Of a stretch of DNA of 64,000 nt, positions 14,772 to 28,000 are shown piece after piece (within the stretch, counting starts at the first letter, position 1; the number at the start of each line of letters is the position of its first letter). The translations under genes were made by a program, and so were the position numbers. Source of the DNA: Trichoplax adhaerens (Eukaryota > Animalia > Placozoa); assembly GCF_000150275.1 (NCBI RefSeq), contig NW_002060943.1, forward strand, positions 1,726,832-1,790,831. The letters run 5' to 3'. Below the pieces are notes generated by a model, which did not search any database, was not told the origin of the DNA, and saw only the letters and a list, made by a program, of their open reading frames with translations.

Positions 14772-17700
14772 ATAGTGGTTGTTAAAGAAACGCTATAATG
14801 AGCGAAAAAAAAAGTAAATCCAGGCAATCAATTAGTACAGTCGAAAATCATTTCTTCAATAGAAGTAGAAATACTGCACTATCTCGGTCATAGATAGCGT
14901 CCTTGTCTATACAACTACTTTTCTACTGTCCAAGTGTAGTATATGGTTTATCAATCAAAACTATTTAAAAGTCACAAGTCAATCTAATCGTAGAAATCTT
15001 GTAACATTTATGGTCATTCAGCACAATGGGCACAGTGAAATGATGGAACTAAATATACTGCAACACTACAGTACCGTCCATGACGGAATAGCGACAAGGA
15101 TTGGCACAAGCAATCCCAAAGGTGGATAAAACTATCTTCGAAAGAAAGCCCTGCTCATATATTACTCAGTCTAGATAATGACTACTATCGTCAAACGATA
15201 TGATGTACTGTATACTATGCTGCATGGACTACACAGTACTGTATGATCGAGTAAGCGAAGAAAGAATTGACTACATCAATTTGTGTCAGCGAAATGCAGC
15301 CCCTTCGCCGGTGTGTAAAAAGTCGAAGAAGAGTTCTGTTCCTATTAGCCTTCCAAGGTTGACAATCAGAGCATTCAGGCTGGTGGACGGTACTATGATA
15401 TCAGTATCCCATGATCTAGCCAAGTTATCGCGGCTAAATTTGATCGTAATTAAACATCTTGACTTGGATGTACAGTCAACTAAAATGCAAAGGCATTCAA
15501 CTGCTGCATAGTCGTATCGTAACAAGTAAAATTGTGCAATTGGATGATGTAGTATGAAAGAGTCGACTAAGATAGATGAAATGGCATCTCAACAGAGAAG
15601 CATTTTTTCCCTCCTAGTAGCCGACATCAAAAAAGAATGACACATCAATTAATGTCTGAATTGATCGATCCGTATCTAGTACTACTGTACTGAATACGAG
15701 TTTTGAATTGGTTCAATGTCCTGCTCTGCTTGACTACTTGTAAAGAAGATCAAATATTTGACAAGGATAACAACTTTCCACTCTATTTCAGGAAGTTTAG
15801 ATATAATACAATCAATTGAGTCGATAATAATGTTGGAATATTTACTGACTTTTCACTGCGGTGTGATTTCGTCAGGGCAAAATGACAGATTAGCAGAAAT
15901 TGGCACAGCCCAGCGATACTTTCCGGTATCCGTAAAACCAAAACCAATGATAACAATGTATTTGAATTTTCCAGTGGATAGCTAACTACTGTGTACAAAA
16001 GGAGGACTTATCAATTGCACTAGCTCTGCACACGATGGAGCAAATTTAGGCAGCAGGCAAGCAGAGGTATAAACCCTAAAAACGACAACAAATTAGACCA
16101 CCGGTCGTCAAAGATGTAGCAAGCTAATAAGACTCCCTCAGTTGACGGGTGATCGAAGCAACTAATTGAATTAGTTATTCCTGTGCAATAATAAAAAAGA
16201 TTTTTTCCTCTCTGCAGCACAAACATAACCGCAACACCTTGGGGGGTTGCACCCCATGACCGATCCATTGATTTCTTCAAAAGTGATTGACGTAACAATG
16301 ACAATCAAAGTCTTAACTACTCGACAAGTCCAACTAAACCAGTGTCCTCTTCAAGGTCTTTTGACTCTTTATTTGCTCCTAAAAAAAGGATATCTTGAAT
16401 TAACATCATTTCAATCGAAAGATGAGTCGGCATGGAGACGCCCTGCGGCGTTATGGCGCCGTTGATTGGTTGCTCCTCTACAACTTTTCCATCGACTAGA
16501 TCGGCTAAATGGAGAAATTTTTTTTTTTTCTTCCAGTCTCGATCTTCAATGTTGTCAAGTTGTATTCATTAATGAGCGTGGATATTATTATTATTATATT
16601 ATTATTTTTTCTCTCAAAATGACTCCAGACCAATACAGTAGAGTAGTATTGACCGCAGTAGAAAATCAGACCATGGGTGCGGTACACCAACTACCATCAC
16701 TGTATCCGTATCGTACTGGGAAGACTGCAGTGAGGATTAACAGTAAATAATGATTTTAAACAGTCTCACAGTTTTATTCGTGTGATCTCTTCTTCGCTGT
16801 TGTACGCTGTATTCTCGACTATAGCGTATTATAGTTTTTGGGGGTCGTTAATCACTACTCTTAAGCTAATAATATTAATTGTTAATGTACATATTCTGTA
16901 GAAAAAATACAATACCGTGCAGTTAGTCTTGCATAACATATACAATGTACATTGTACAGTATACTAGACACCATACACAATATACAAGCCTCCATTTTAC
17001 CAGCCACAACTACTGTATAAATTGATATACAATTGTAATCCATTCAATAGTTTCAACTTTAATCAATAAATGGATTGAATTAGTCAAGACAGTACACAGG
17101 ATACTGTAGTCGCTGGAGAAAGTGATGCACTACAATGCGAGTAAAAACCAACGTCGTAGTAGTCTACCAGCGTAATTCAGTAAACATGTAAACATTGACA
17201 AATTCACTTCCTCCATGCTAACTTTTCTTTCCTTATTTTCCTCGACAAGCAAGTTGGATACCTTGCAATCGACTGGCATGGGTTTTCCGCCAGTATTGAA
17301 ATGATCATATTATCATATGTAAAAATTGACGGATTAATGATAAATAACTCTATGCTGTGCCCCGACAACACCAAATCAAAATTTGAAGAGCTGGACTGCA
17401 CCACAGTCGACCGGTCTACTGTAGACAATATAGCAACCTGAGTAAGCACCAAGGGTAACTCACTTGATAACTCAGCGTGCAGTTCTCACTTCTCAGTAAT
17501 GAATTGCCACAAGTTAGCACGATTAAAAATGAAGACTCAATAAAGTTCATGACATTGCAGATGCTTCATTGCTGTGATTGAATTTTGGCAATGGGAAATA
17601 TGAGCAGATACTCTCGACGTAGTGGTGATTATTGTATTAGTTGAAGACGAGTCCGTCATCCTAGGAAGAAATCGTTTACTACTGGATGCAAATCATGCAC

Positions 17701-20700
17701 ATTATATAGTAATGCGTGTTAATTTTCACTGTCGTGATTATATTGAACTCCTACCGCAACTTCCAACAGCTACATGTTTCACTGTCTAGCTTTAAATGAC
17801 TTATCATTGCTGTAAGAAATATTCATTGCAATGAAATGCAAAGTTGGTTCAAAAATAAATACTGATCAACGTCTCGCTCTGTGATCAACTTAATTTGTCT
17901 ACTAATTACCAATAATGAATAATTATAGCATGCTTTCCTAAGACCGGGCTACAAATCTACGGTTAACAGGTATAACGATAAATCACAAACCTATATTGAA
18001 TAACGAAGTAGCCAATGCTAAATCAGAAGTATTTCTTATGTCATAAAAGACAGTATTTAAAATTTAAACGTTCAACGGACTCTACGGGAAAGAATAATTT
18101 ATAATTAAATAAATAATAAAAGATATATGGAATCCAGTGTATACCGGAAGCACAGATTACATCAAAATTAGAAGAGTTTTTCACTGTCTGTTAGCGTTTG
18201 CAATACAACTACTGTATACTGTAAAATCTACTTTGGCCACATTTTACTCGTATTAACTGTAAAATAGAATTTTAAAATTCAGATATTTATTCACAGCAGT
18301 GAACATATTAACGTAAATACCGCAAATAGTATAAATAAATATGAGATAATCCACCCTTTTGTACGGTACAGCAAATTACGTGAATTGTGAGCTATAGAGC
18401 GTGATAATGGTTAAAGGTGCCACCACTGCCACGTCGTATAGGCAGTAGAAAGTAAAATATGGCATGCAATCCATGAAAGACAAGCACACACCTTTAAGAA
18501 TTTTTTTAATTTTCACCCAAGTCTCTAGCTTACTTCCTACTACCACCGATAAAAAAAACTACAATTGAGTAATAAGGTGCATTAGGCGAATTACGCGTAT
18601 ACTCGTATTGTTAATATTTATCGTGAGCGGACACACTGTAAGGTTATCGGGTTATACCGTATTATCACGCCATGATCTGTCGCATCCAGTAGCTATATTA
18701 TTGATCTTGTATTTATGTCATAGTTTTTAATGATACAGCATTTATTCCTGTAGGCCTGCAAGAATGGTCACTAAATAATAACTAATTAATACATTATTTA
18801 GGCATTATAATGGCAATCATGGCAATTACTAAGGACTTAATACAACGACCTATTGCATTTCTATAAATTGGACGTAAATTGATTTGATGACATTTCAGAG
18901 TATTTAGTCTAAAAGCCAAAGAACCCTTATCTCATTAAGTCAAAGAAGAAGCAAGCTCGTCAATACTGTTCACTATGTCTACAATTCAAATGGCTATCAT
19001 AAAGATACATTTTATTTATTGACTAATGCTGTAACCCTATTGTGCTAAATCACTAAATAACTTTTACATATGACTTTGAAGACATAAAAAAATACGAAAT
19101 TTCAATATGGTGTTCGCGTGTGTGTTGTCTGCGAGTATCAATGCCGTATCCTAGCAGATACAAAATAGATTTATGCCTATTACTTTCCCATATCATCACT
19201 ATTCTTTATTCGTCTCCTTCAAATATATTATAATGACATCATGACATTTATCTATTAGCACAATAAATTATGTAGCTATTGTCTCTGGAATAGGAGTCCT
19301 TTGCATCTTTTAGCTGCATTATGTCGCATATCCATAATATACACATAATATAAATGTCGCTATCATTCATTTGTAAACCGCGATACATTGATGTATTTTT
19401 CTATTGTAGAATATAGAACAATTACTAGGTCGTCAAAGTCAAGAGCAGGCAAATAATAAAAATCTACTTAATCAGCCTATTGTTGTATGGACATGCATAC
19501 TCTAGTAAAATTTATTCTTACAGCACAGCAACATATAAGAGGCGTAGAGCGTACATGATTTGAAAGATAGTTACGTGAATTATAATAGTAAATAATTTTA
19601 TTATTGCGTTTATTTTCTCTCTTAGTTCTACTGTTATTGTTGAAATCGCCAGTTGTCTATTCTGCTTAAATAGCTAATAAATTAACTTAAAATAACAGAA
19701 GATATTTGTTACTATTCTCTATATTCTCAGTGAATCATATTTTAAACATGTAACAAAAATGATTCTTCAGCCATCCATTATCTCATATTGGACTCATCTT
19801 AAGTTATACGATTTGTCACTGAAATTGATGATTATAATTAGCAGATGAAATGGCAGTATTGGTAGTAATAATTTAAAAGATGGCAAATTAAAGATTTTTC
19901 ATGTTTAAAATTTTAGGCCCGCCAGTAGAATAACCTTGACTTTTTGATCTGAGACACTATCATTTGCGAGGCAAAGAAATATTAAATAAATGCTCTCCAA
20001 GTCATTCTTAAAGAACTTTCTTATTTATTACTTAGATAGGGGGCAAAGTACGTAGATAGAATAAAGAATAATAAATAATCCAAATTGGAATACAAAATGA
20101 ACTGTTGCACATCCTGCTTTGCATCGATGCGATTGATATGAGTTACAGTATAATCCGATTATCAATATGGCAATTACCAACCATTGCTAAAGGATTTAAA
20201 TAAGTGATACTTGTAAAATTAATATACAGTACTATACGTGTATTATAAGATAAATAACTGATCTAGCCCACAATTTCAATGTAAAGCGTCTCCTGTTGAG
20301 ATTAATTAACGCAATTTCGATAGTTCCTTAGTATGTTTTACAATCTTGAATTACAGCGGATCAAGTATGGTATATCATGAAACATTATCGCAGTAAGATA
20401 GATGAGGCGGTATTTGTGTAAGTCTTTTCAACGTTAGTAATAAAAGATTCGATGAGCTATTGTCGTCATAAATAAACAAATTGTATATTCTTTGCTCCTG
20501 CTGCTCCAGCATAGAGTATGTTTACGCTGCGCTGCTAGCGCCAAGCACCATGTATCCATAGAATACTGTATACTATACAGGTATAGCTACTACCTAATGG
20601 AATGGATATGTTCTCTTTAATAAAGTAGGAAACAAAATACTAACTTCAACGATTTAGTATTGCATTACTCTATGTTGAATAATACCCTGACCTCGTAAAT

Positions 20701-23700
20701 AAGTAATCAGTGTTACTGATTATTCACTGGCAAATAAGCCTGTAGTCAGTAATGAGCTATACAAGTATTAGCAGTATTAAAAAACCTTCACCAACTAAAC
20801 TATGCTTGGGCTGTACCCGATTTATGGCGGTTAATACTCCACGCACTACATTTTACATCATTTTATCAAACTTATTAAAAATACAGCAAATAGCTTACCT
20901 CCAGTTGTTAAAATCGACAATAAATTTCTGCTATATCCTAGTATCACTGCATACTTTTAGATCTCAAGATACCACACCAAAATGATTACTCGTAGTAGTT
21001 AACTACCTTAATATGATAACAAAGAACCTGTGTAATGTTATCTTTGATTCTTTGCAGCACTCAAATAAAAGACTAAAATGCAATACTTTAATTTCTATGT
21101 GTACTGTTCGAGTTTAACTTTCATAAAACTGTTGTTAAACAGTGAGTTGATCATCTAACCTGTATGCTTTTAATGTACAGAACAGAATAAACATGTTGTC
21201 GGCACTAAACATTCATTACTCTTACACTTATACACGTACGAAGATGATAAGGTTTCCATTTGTACCAGTATAATTGTACTAGACCGTACACACTGATGGA
21301 CTGCTAGAGAATAGTTGTCCATAGCATAACTAAGTGAACACTCACTAATATATTCTTTCCTTTTGCTCAGGAATTTGCAGCCTAATAGAGCAAACGGGAA
21401 GCATCTATTAGGATATTACTCCTTTCCTAACACAATTATTTAACGGCCATAAAGCTATGACCTTAGCTAAGTAGTCAACGAGAACGTTTACTTATACTAC
21501 TGTATAAAGCATAATCAGTAAAGATTTTAATGGACTTAAAATGAAGAGTTATTTGATGATACTTTACATAGAGCTGTACCTAACATCAATCTTGTATGGC
21601 AAAGACGAAAGCAGTGACCACGCCAGTTCAGATTCAGTTTTTATTTTTATTTTAGTTTTACTCAGTAAATAATACTGCTTATTGCTGTTTCTTTCCTATC
21701 TGGGAGAAGTAAGATCATGAAAGGGGGTGGAAGATCACAACTGGAAACGCTGACCTCCCTCGAATAATTCTAGGGAGCCAGTCAGCTTTGCACTGTGTAG
21801 TTCTGGTCCCGGTTTGCTGTAAAATCCACAAGTTTCGCTTCAATTGAATTTAATTTATCGTGGTAAACGATTGTTGTATTTGTATTTCGGATCACAGCAC
21901 GCTGTACGTATATTGCATGCCAAATTTGCTAACTGGTAGTAAATTGTAGCAATTGCAGCAGTTGGTGGACACAGCAGTGATGCGATATAATTAAAAGTTG
22001 AAGACTGCATGTAGCGAGGTAAATAACTATAGTGCAATTAATATCTTCAATCCCGATAAAGCAAGACTCTTGCAGAGGTAACATCTTAAGTGCATATCCA
22101 CTATTTTATTAACAAGGAGTATCTTATAAACGTAGCTGGCAATAATTAATTGAACTCACTATGTGACTGAGCGCCATTTTACGACATGAGTATCATTTTA
22201 AGTGCTCAATGCCGTGCTGTATGTTCAAAATTTCTACTACAGGGGCCCTACACCCTACTGTAGTCTAGGGTGTAGATTAAGCTCTTGACATTAGTGTCCC
22301 TAGTGTAAGCCAAGTAAACACCAACATCGAGTAAAAACTCCCCAGTTCAACCCTCGCCAGGCTTCGTTTTTTAACACAACATATTCTCTGTTTCTGTTGT
22401 ACAAGTTACTTTAATGCGCTCGTAAGAATACAACGCCCAGCGATTATGTTCTGACATCCTAGTCAGAGAAATAAATTAAGTTTATGAGCCAGCGCTGAGT
22501 GCTGCGCCAAACAAAGCAACACGTACAGACAGTAGAAGAAATGGACGTGTTATCCAATCTAATTGCTGGTTACTTGATAGCATTTTCGTCTTACTCAGCA
22601 AATTGACGGAATGATGATGCTAAACGATTACTTAAACTTTATACAGTATTCTAATTTTTGACAATGTTAATTAATTTAATAGCCGATACACCAAGATGAA
22701 ATGTATATTCTACATTACAGTAATTCGACACAGTAGTACTTTCAAATGCCTTCGGTGTTTTTCGGTGGTAGGCGAATGAGGAATTTAGCCTATGGCTACT
22801 TTGTCAAGTCTACACCATGAACTCTGTACCATGTTGACATTATCAAGTAGCACCATAGAGTTTCTATACTGTACTGTAATGGCTGAATACGTCCATTTCT
22901 AGGATACAATCAAGCAGACGAAAGAAAAAGCTTGTTTTGTGTTGCGGATAGAGAACTCCATTTATAATTCACAAAACTCAGCATCCACAAGGTGGATATC
23001 CAAGGGTGAATTTATGATCAAGCGTGCTTGACGCCGTATATCATGAATAACGTCGTCGCTTGTACCTATATCTTAACAATTGAAGTGTTTTGACTAATTC
23101 ATGGCGTCCCTGCAAATATATAATAAAGCAACATAAAAGAATGCGTTGATATAGCAAGAGAGAGGTATCTATTTGGAAGTATTTTTGAGTCAAGGCGACA
23201 CAAAACTGAATTGATAGGCAGGATTAGGACGCCGATAGGACTCCATTGACCGTTTTAATGCAGTCTTGACGTCGGCTGGGGAAAACATCTTGAAATCTAC
23301 TTATGCCTTCTAGCACCAAAATGACCCCAATAAAACCACTTGTTTCAAGAGGAGAATTATTCGTATTATTGATTTACAGCATTGACTAAAGTAATTTGTG
23401 ATATTTGTTCGACAACAGGCTGGTAAGATCATGCCCGTTGAAAGGCAGACTGGCAAAGGTTGGTAAAGACAACTGCACTATTATATGGAATGGACTACTA
23501 CTGCACAGTGACGAAGTAGTTTATATTCAGTACTGTAGTTCATGATTCAAAACATAGTAATACATTGTTCACCATTTGTCTAAGTGGAGATTTTTGATTA
23601 TCAATGATATTTAATACATAATACAGGCATGGTAGACGCCATTCTTCAGTATGAATGCTGTAAAAATAACAGACTACTGTTATTGAGTTCATGTGTACTG

Positions 23701-24679
23701 GCCAGGCTGACGAATGATGTAAAAGAATACAAAAGATATACAGTGCAAAAAACACAATATTAGCCATATTGTCTAGTCTATAGGCGAGAATTGAGCATTG
23801 TTTCTCTCACCACTTTCATCACTCTTCTGTATGTTACACCCACTAAAGCCTGATTACTGGCCTTGTTTAGCCTTGATAGAAGAATGGTAATTGTACTGCA
23901 GCCCCTTTCCTTTCCAATTCTTCATTTGAATTGCTGTTTCCATGTCTCGTCGATCGATGATCCTTTCATTGAATGGCAATAAAGAAGGGCATAGATCATC
24001 CGCTTTCAATAGGAAACTCTTTCGTTACTAGATGATGTTTTGTAGGCTAGATTGTAGCCTGTCCGTATAAGTGTTTATTGTTACTGAAAAGTAGAAGAAC
24101 TGATTGTGTAATAGAGTCAAATTGAACAAGAAATTCAAGCTTTGTCATCTTCCTTTTGGACGCTTGAAAAACATAACTATACCATACAGTAAATCACTTG
24201 CAGTGATTGCACATACCGTATATTGTCATTTTAATTTATGCCTGTATTCATGCAGTACAGAGACTTCCGCTACTGCTTTGAAATCCCCTAGCCTCAGTAC
24301 AATAATACTCTTAACCACGGGCAAATGTAATCCAATAACAGTAGAATGGCAGTGGCATACCCTCATCTCCCGATACAGAATTAGAAAATGCCGAAACTCG
24401 AAACCAACCAACAGTTGATGGCAACTACTGCAAAGAAAGACTTCCTACTTCAGAGTAGTAAAATGCCATACAAACGTGGAATCGATCATGCAGACAAAGA
24501 AGGGAATGTTTGTTCCTGATCGTGTAGGCCATTGTCATCCAACAAAGGAACTAGACCACGAACTGCGATTAGCAAATATGTCCTTTGATTTACTTAACCA
24601 AATGTTTGCGTTGAAATTTTTTCTTTTTTCGCCATCTAAATTGAAATTACTAATCCCCTCTACCCTTTCTCCATGTCCA

Positions 24680-25000
24680 CTTTGAAAAGGGAAAGTGTGA
24701 CAGCAGTGATGGCAAGTGACACATTACTACATGTTGAATAACTGTCCAAAAAATTGAAGTAGTCTACTCAAGAGTGGACACTTGACAGTCATGATGCCAA
24801 TATGTTGGAAATATTAAAATGATCACTTTTTTCAATCAAACCACAGTATATGTTATATGGACATGAATATGATTTTAAATAAATTGCTACTCTAATTTTC
24901 TTCAAAGTTGTTGCGATTACCTGCATCAAAAAATTGAGTACTGAATTGTGCATGGGTGTATTGAAAGGGATGACACAAGGTTGTCCCTGCTCTGTTCATG
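24680..25000 (+). mobile_element. Possible highly degenerate non-LTR retrotransposon reverse-transcriptase relic
   Basis: Frameshifted, ordered fragments resembling RT motifs: SDG..HYYMLNNCP, EW../LTVMMPICWKY, FSIKPQYML, VLKGMTQGCPCS. Confidence 0.4.
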
Positions 25001-28000
25001 GACAAAAAATGCTTTAACTCTTAATTGAATGAATGCCTTTTACTTGAAGACGCCTTTTAAACCGATATTTTCAATCAAATGTTGCTAGATAGATTGCCAA
25101 GGAGACACAGCGAATACTACAGTAAACTGTAATAGGTTTGAACGTTTTTACCACCGCAAGATGTGGTGTCCAGGTTAACATTATCCAACGTAGAATTGAA
25201 AATTACATAAAAGGAACTGACAAACCTGAATTAGATACACGTTAGCTGCTACAGAAGGTAGTCTGTCTAGCAAGAGATACTGTCGGCGGGAAAAAACGTG
25301 ATTGGGAAATGCAACGGAATTGAACTCCGTGTGAAGGGTGTTTAATCGTGATTGACTAGGGTGGGGGGGGGGGCAATTTCAACATTATACAGAAGTAGTG
25401 TGTTTTAAAAATATGGTAATTCCAGGGATTACTAAAAGAGGAAAGATTCAAGCGATATACAGTAGTATGCAGTAAAGAACTGTGACGTAAAATACTATAC
25501 TGTAGTCGGTTTTTGCGAATAAAGTAAATGCAGATTATATTGTGGTTGGTACGATCAAGGTATGTATAAACTATTCGCACAACGTATAACATTAGAGTCT
25601 TGCTCTAATTGAACATCCAATAGAATTGAATCCAGGAGATTGCGAATCTAGGGGTTAATATAGCGAAAATTCGAATGATAGAAATAACACAGGGACTTTA
25701 ACGGTAATGCTTTTTCTTACTTTCATTGATTTCGATATGATCAGTTTTTCGAACATTCTATTGCTGTATGAGGTCATTTATCCTGTTCAAATCCGTTCTT
25801 ATCTTATCTAATTATGTTTTAATTTAAATGTACTACAATACAAATGCACATATAGAATACAAGACTATGCTAAGAGCCTTACTAGAGCAAATGATATTTA
25901 ATCTACTTTAACTAATTCATGGCAACTAAAACCCATTCATTACAGGTACATATTAATTAAGTTATAGTAAGTCGTAAATTAGTTAAAATAGATTAAACGC
26001 AATTCGTTCTATAATCATTCCAATGCTACTATTGATTCATTTCGTGGTATAGGTACGCTCGATATTAGCGTACAACTCATGATATTATCATTGAACTATT
26101 TTCTAGCGAACTCTTTTTATGTTAACAATTGATGATGTTTAGCACTTAAGATAAAGATTGGTTATATAGTATCCATGCGTATGAAGAGTAGAGGAGATAT
26201 AATAATTAGCAACAGTTGTGCAAATCAATGAAAAGGTAATCATAATTATTGAAGCTTTGCTACTAAATTCTCCAAGTGCTTGTATTTTTGTCGACTTTCT
26301 TCCTCATGGTGCTCGTTTTAGATCAGTTTTTAACGGTGTCACGGCTTCTCTCAAAATTATCAGAGAAGAAGAAAAGAATACAAACCCATTCTTCTTCTAT
26401 TAGATTCTTGAAAAGCTCCTGATGTATCTACATTACTACTGAAAAAATCTTTCCTATTTACCACATTGCCCGTTAGTTCATTTAGACAATACAACTTGTA
26501 AGCCAGAAATAAAATAGGTGACCAATAAACTTGTTACCATTCTTATTTTCTATGGAGTCCAATTATTCATTCATTTTGAACGGGTTTATTCTGCTAGTTA
26601 CAGCTCACAAATATACTGCAAGAGACAGTGAAGCTACTACAACCGGTATAGCCAAAGATGACTAGAATCCTTGGTATAACTTATGCGAATAAATTATTAC
26701 AGTATTGCCTCTATTTTTTGGCTCACATCCTACTGTAAATTAAGGAGAAATTGCCATCATATGAGGTAATATTAGACTTGATCTCTGTTACTTAAGATTA
26801 TTTTTGGTCATGGTTCTCTATCAGCTGCTTAATACATGTTAATAAAGATGACCATATGCAAGCCAGTCCCGGTATTACTATAAACTGCTGAAAGTTGATA
26901 TGCGAAGACCGACAAGATGATAAAATTTTATTTTTGAAATTTCCATAGTCTACTGCAAGTTTATGTACTATGTACAGTATGCATGTGAAGGCAAGGTAAT
27001 CACTCTCAACATTTAATTAATTTGATTCCATGCTCACTATTTTCAATTTTATGCGTCTTATATGGTTAGACTAGTGGAGATTATACAATGTGCACTTATC
27101 CAAAGTACCAGATTTAAGCTATCGTGGATTACTGTACGACTACTTACTGTAATCGGTGTCGGTGAAATGGGAACATCTTTATTAATATACAGTATACTCA
27201 ACTATCATATCGTATCAGTATCCGATTGATTAATTTGATAAAAAAGTAATTCTGGAAATTAAAAACTGTTGCCAGCGTTAATTTACGGTACAGCAGTTGC
27301 ATAATCTCCATGCTGCAACATTTTTATACTGGATTTTCGATTTTTTAAACATAAAGTTTCAAGCCATGCTAGTCCCTAATCATGATTATGATAAACTTAA
27401 CATAATATAAAATTTATGGAAAGTGTGCACAGTAAGTTAATAGAGATTGATTTCATTGATGCTAGCCTATAATTAATCTGAAGCTAGGCGATGATTTAAA
27501 TAATAATACCAAGATAATTGTAAGCAATACTGAGCGTAATATAATTGTGAAGTGAGATTTCGGTAGATGTTTTACAAACTGTAAATACTTTCAATCTAGT
27601 CACCAGTGGATCACAAAACGAATAAAAAGCTTTCAAGGTGCCGTAGTACTATTTCTATCAGACATCAAACCGTGAATTACGTACAACTGTGCTGTAAATG
27701 CTTTATTCATAACTCAATCAATTTTTTGGGATTAGCTTTGCCATCTACTCTTGAGACAGAAGAATTCACATAGTAATGTTTCGTATTATTTAATAGCTAC
27801 TACTAGCAACCATTGCTGCTCATATCTTCGAGAACAAATTTTACTCATGTTATACGTATATCTTAAAGGCAATCCTTATAACTTGCAGTACTAATTCACT
27901 TTTATTCGATTGAAGACCTGGACTGTTAGTGGACTATTTTATATATCTGTAATCGTGACAACCTTCATATACATGCATCAAATACTAGTAAGACTAATTG

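Noticed and set aside
15200-17452. Several 60-100 aa ORFs upstream of Zic
   Set aside because: No domain features and atypical composition; consistent with chance ORFs in slightly GC-richer regulatory DNA.
25359-25373. G-run as a G-quadruplex element
   Set aside because: A single homopolymer-like tract whose length is unreliable in assemblies, with no supporting context.
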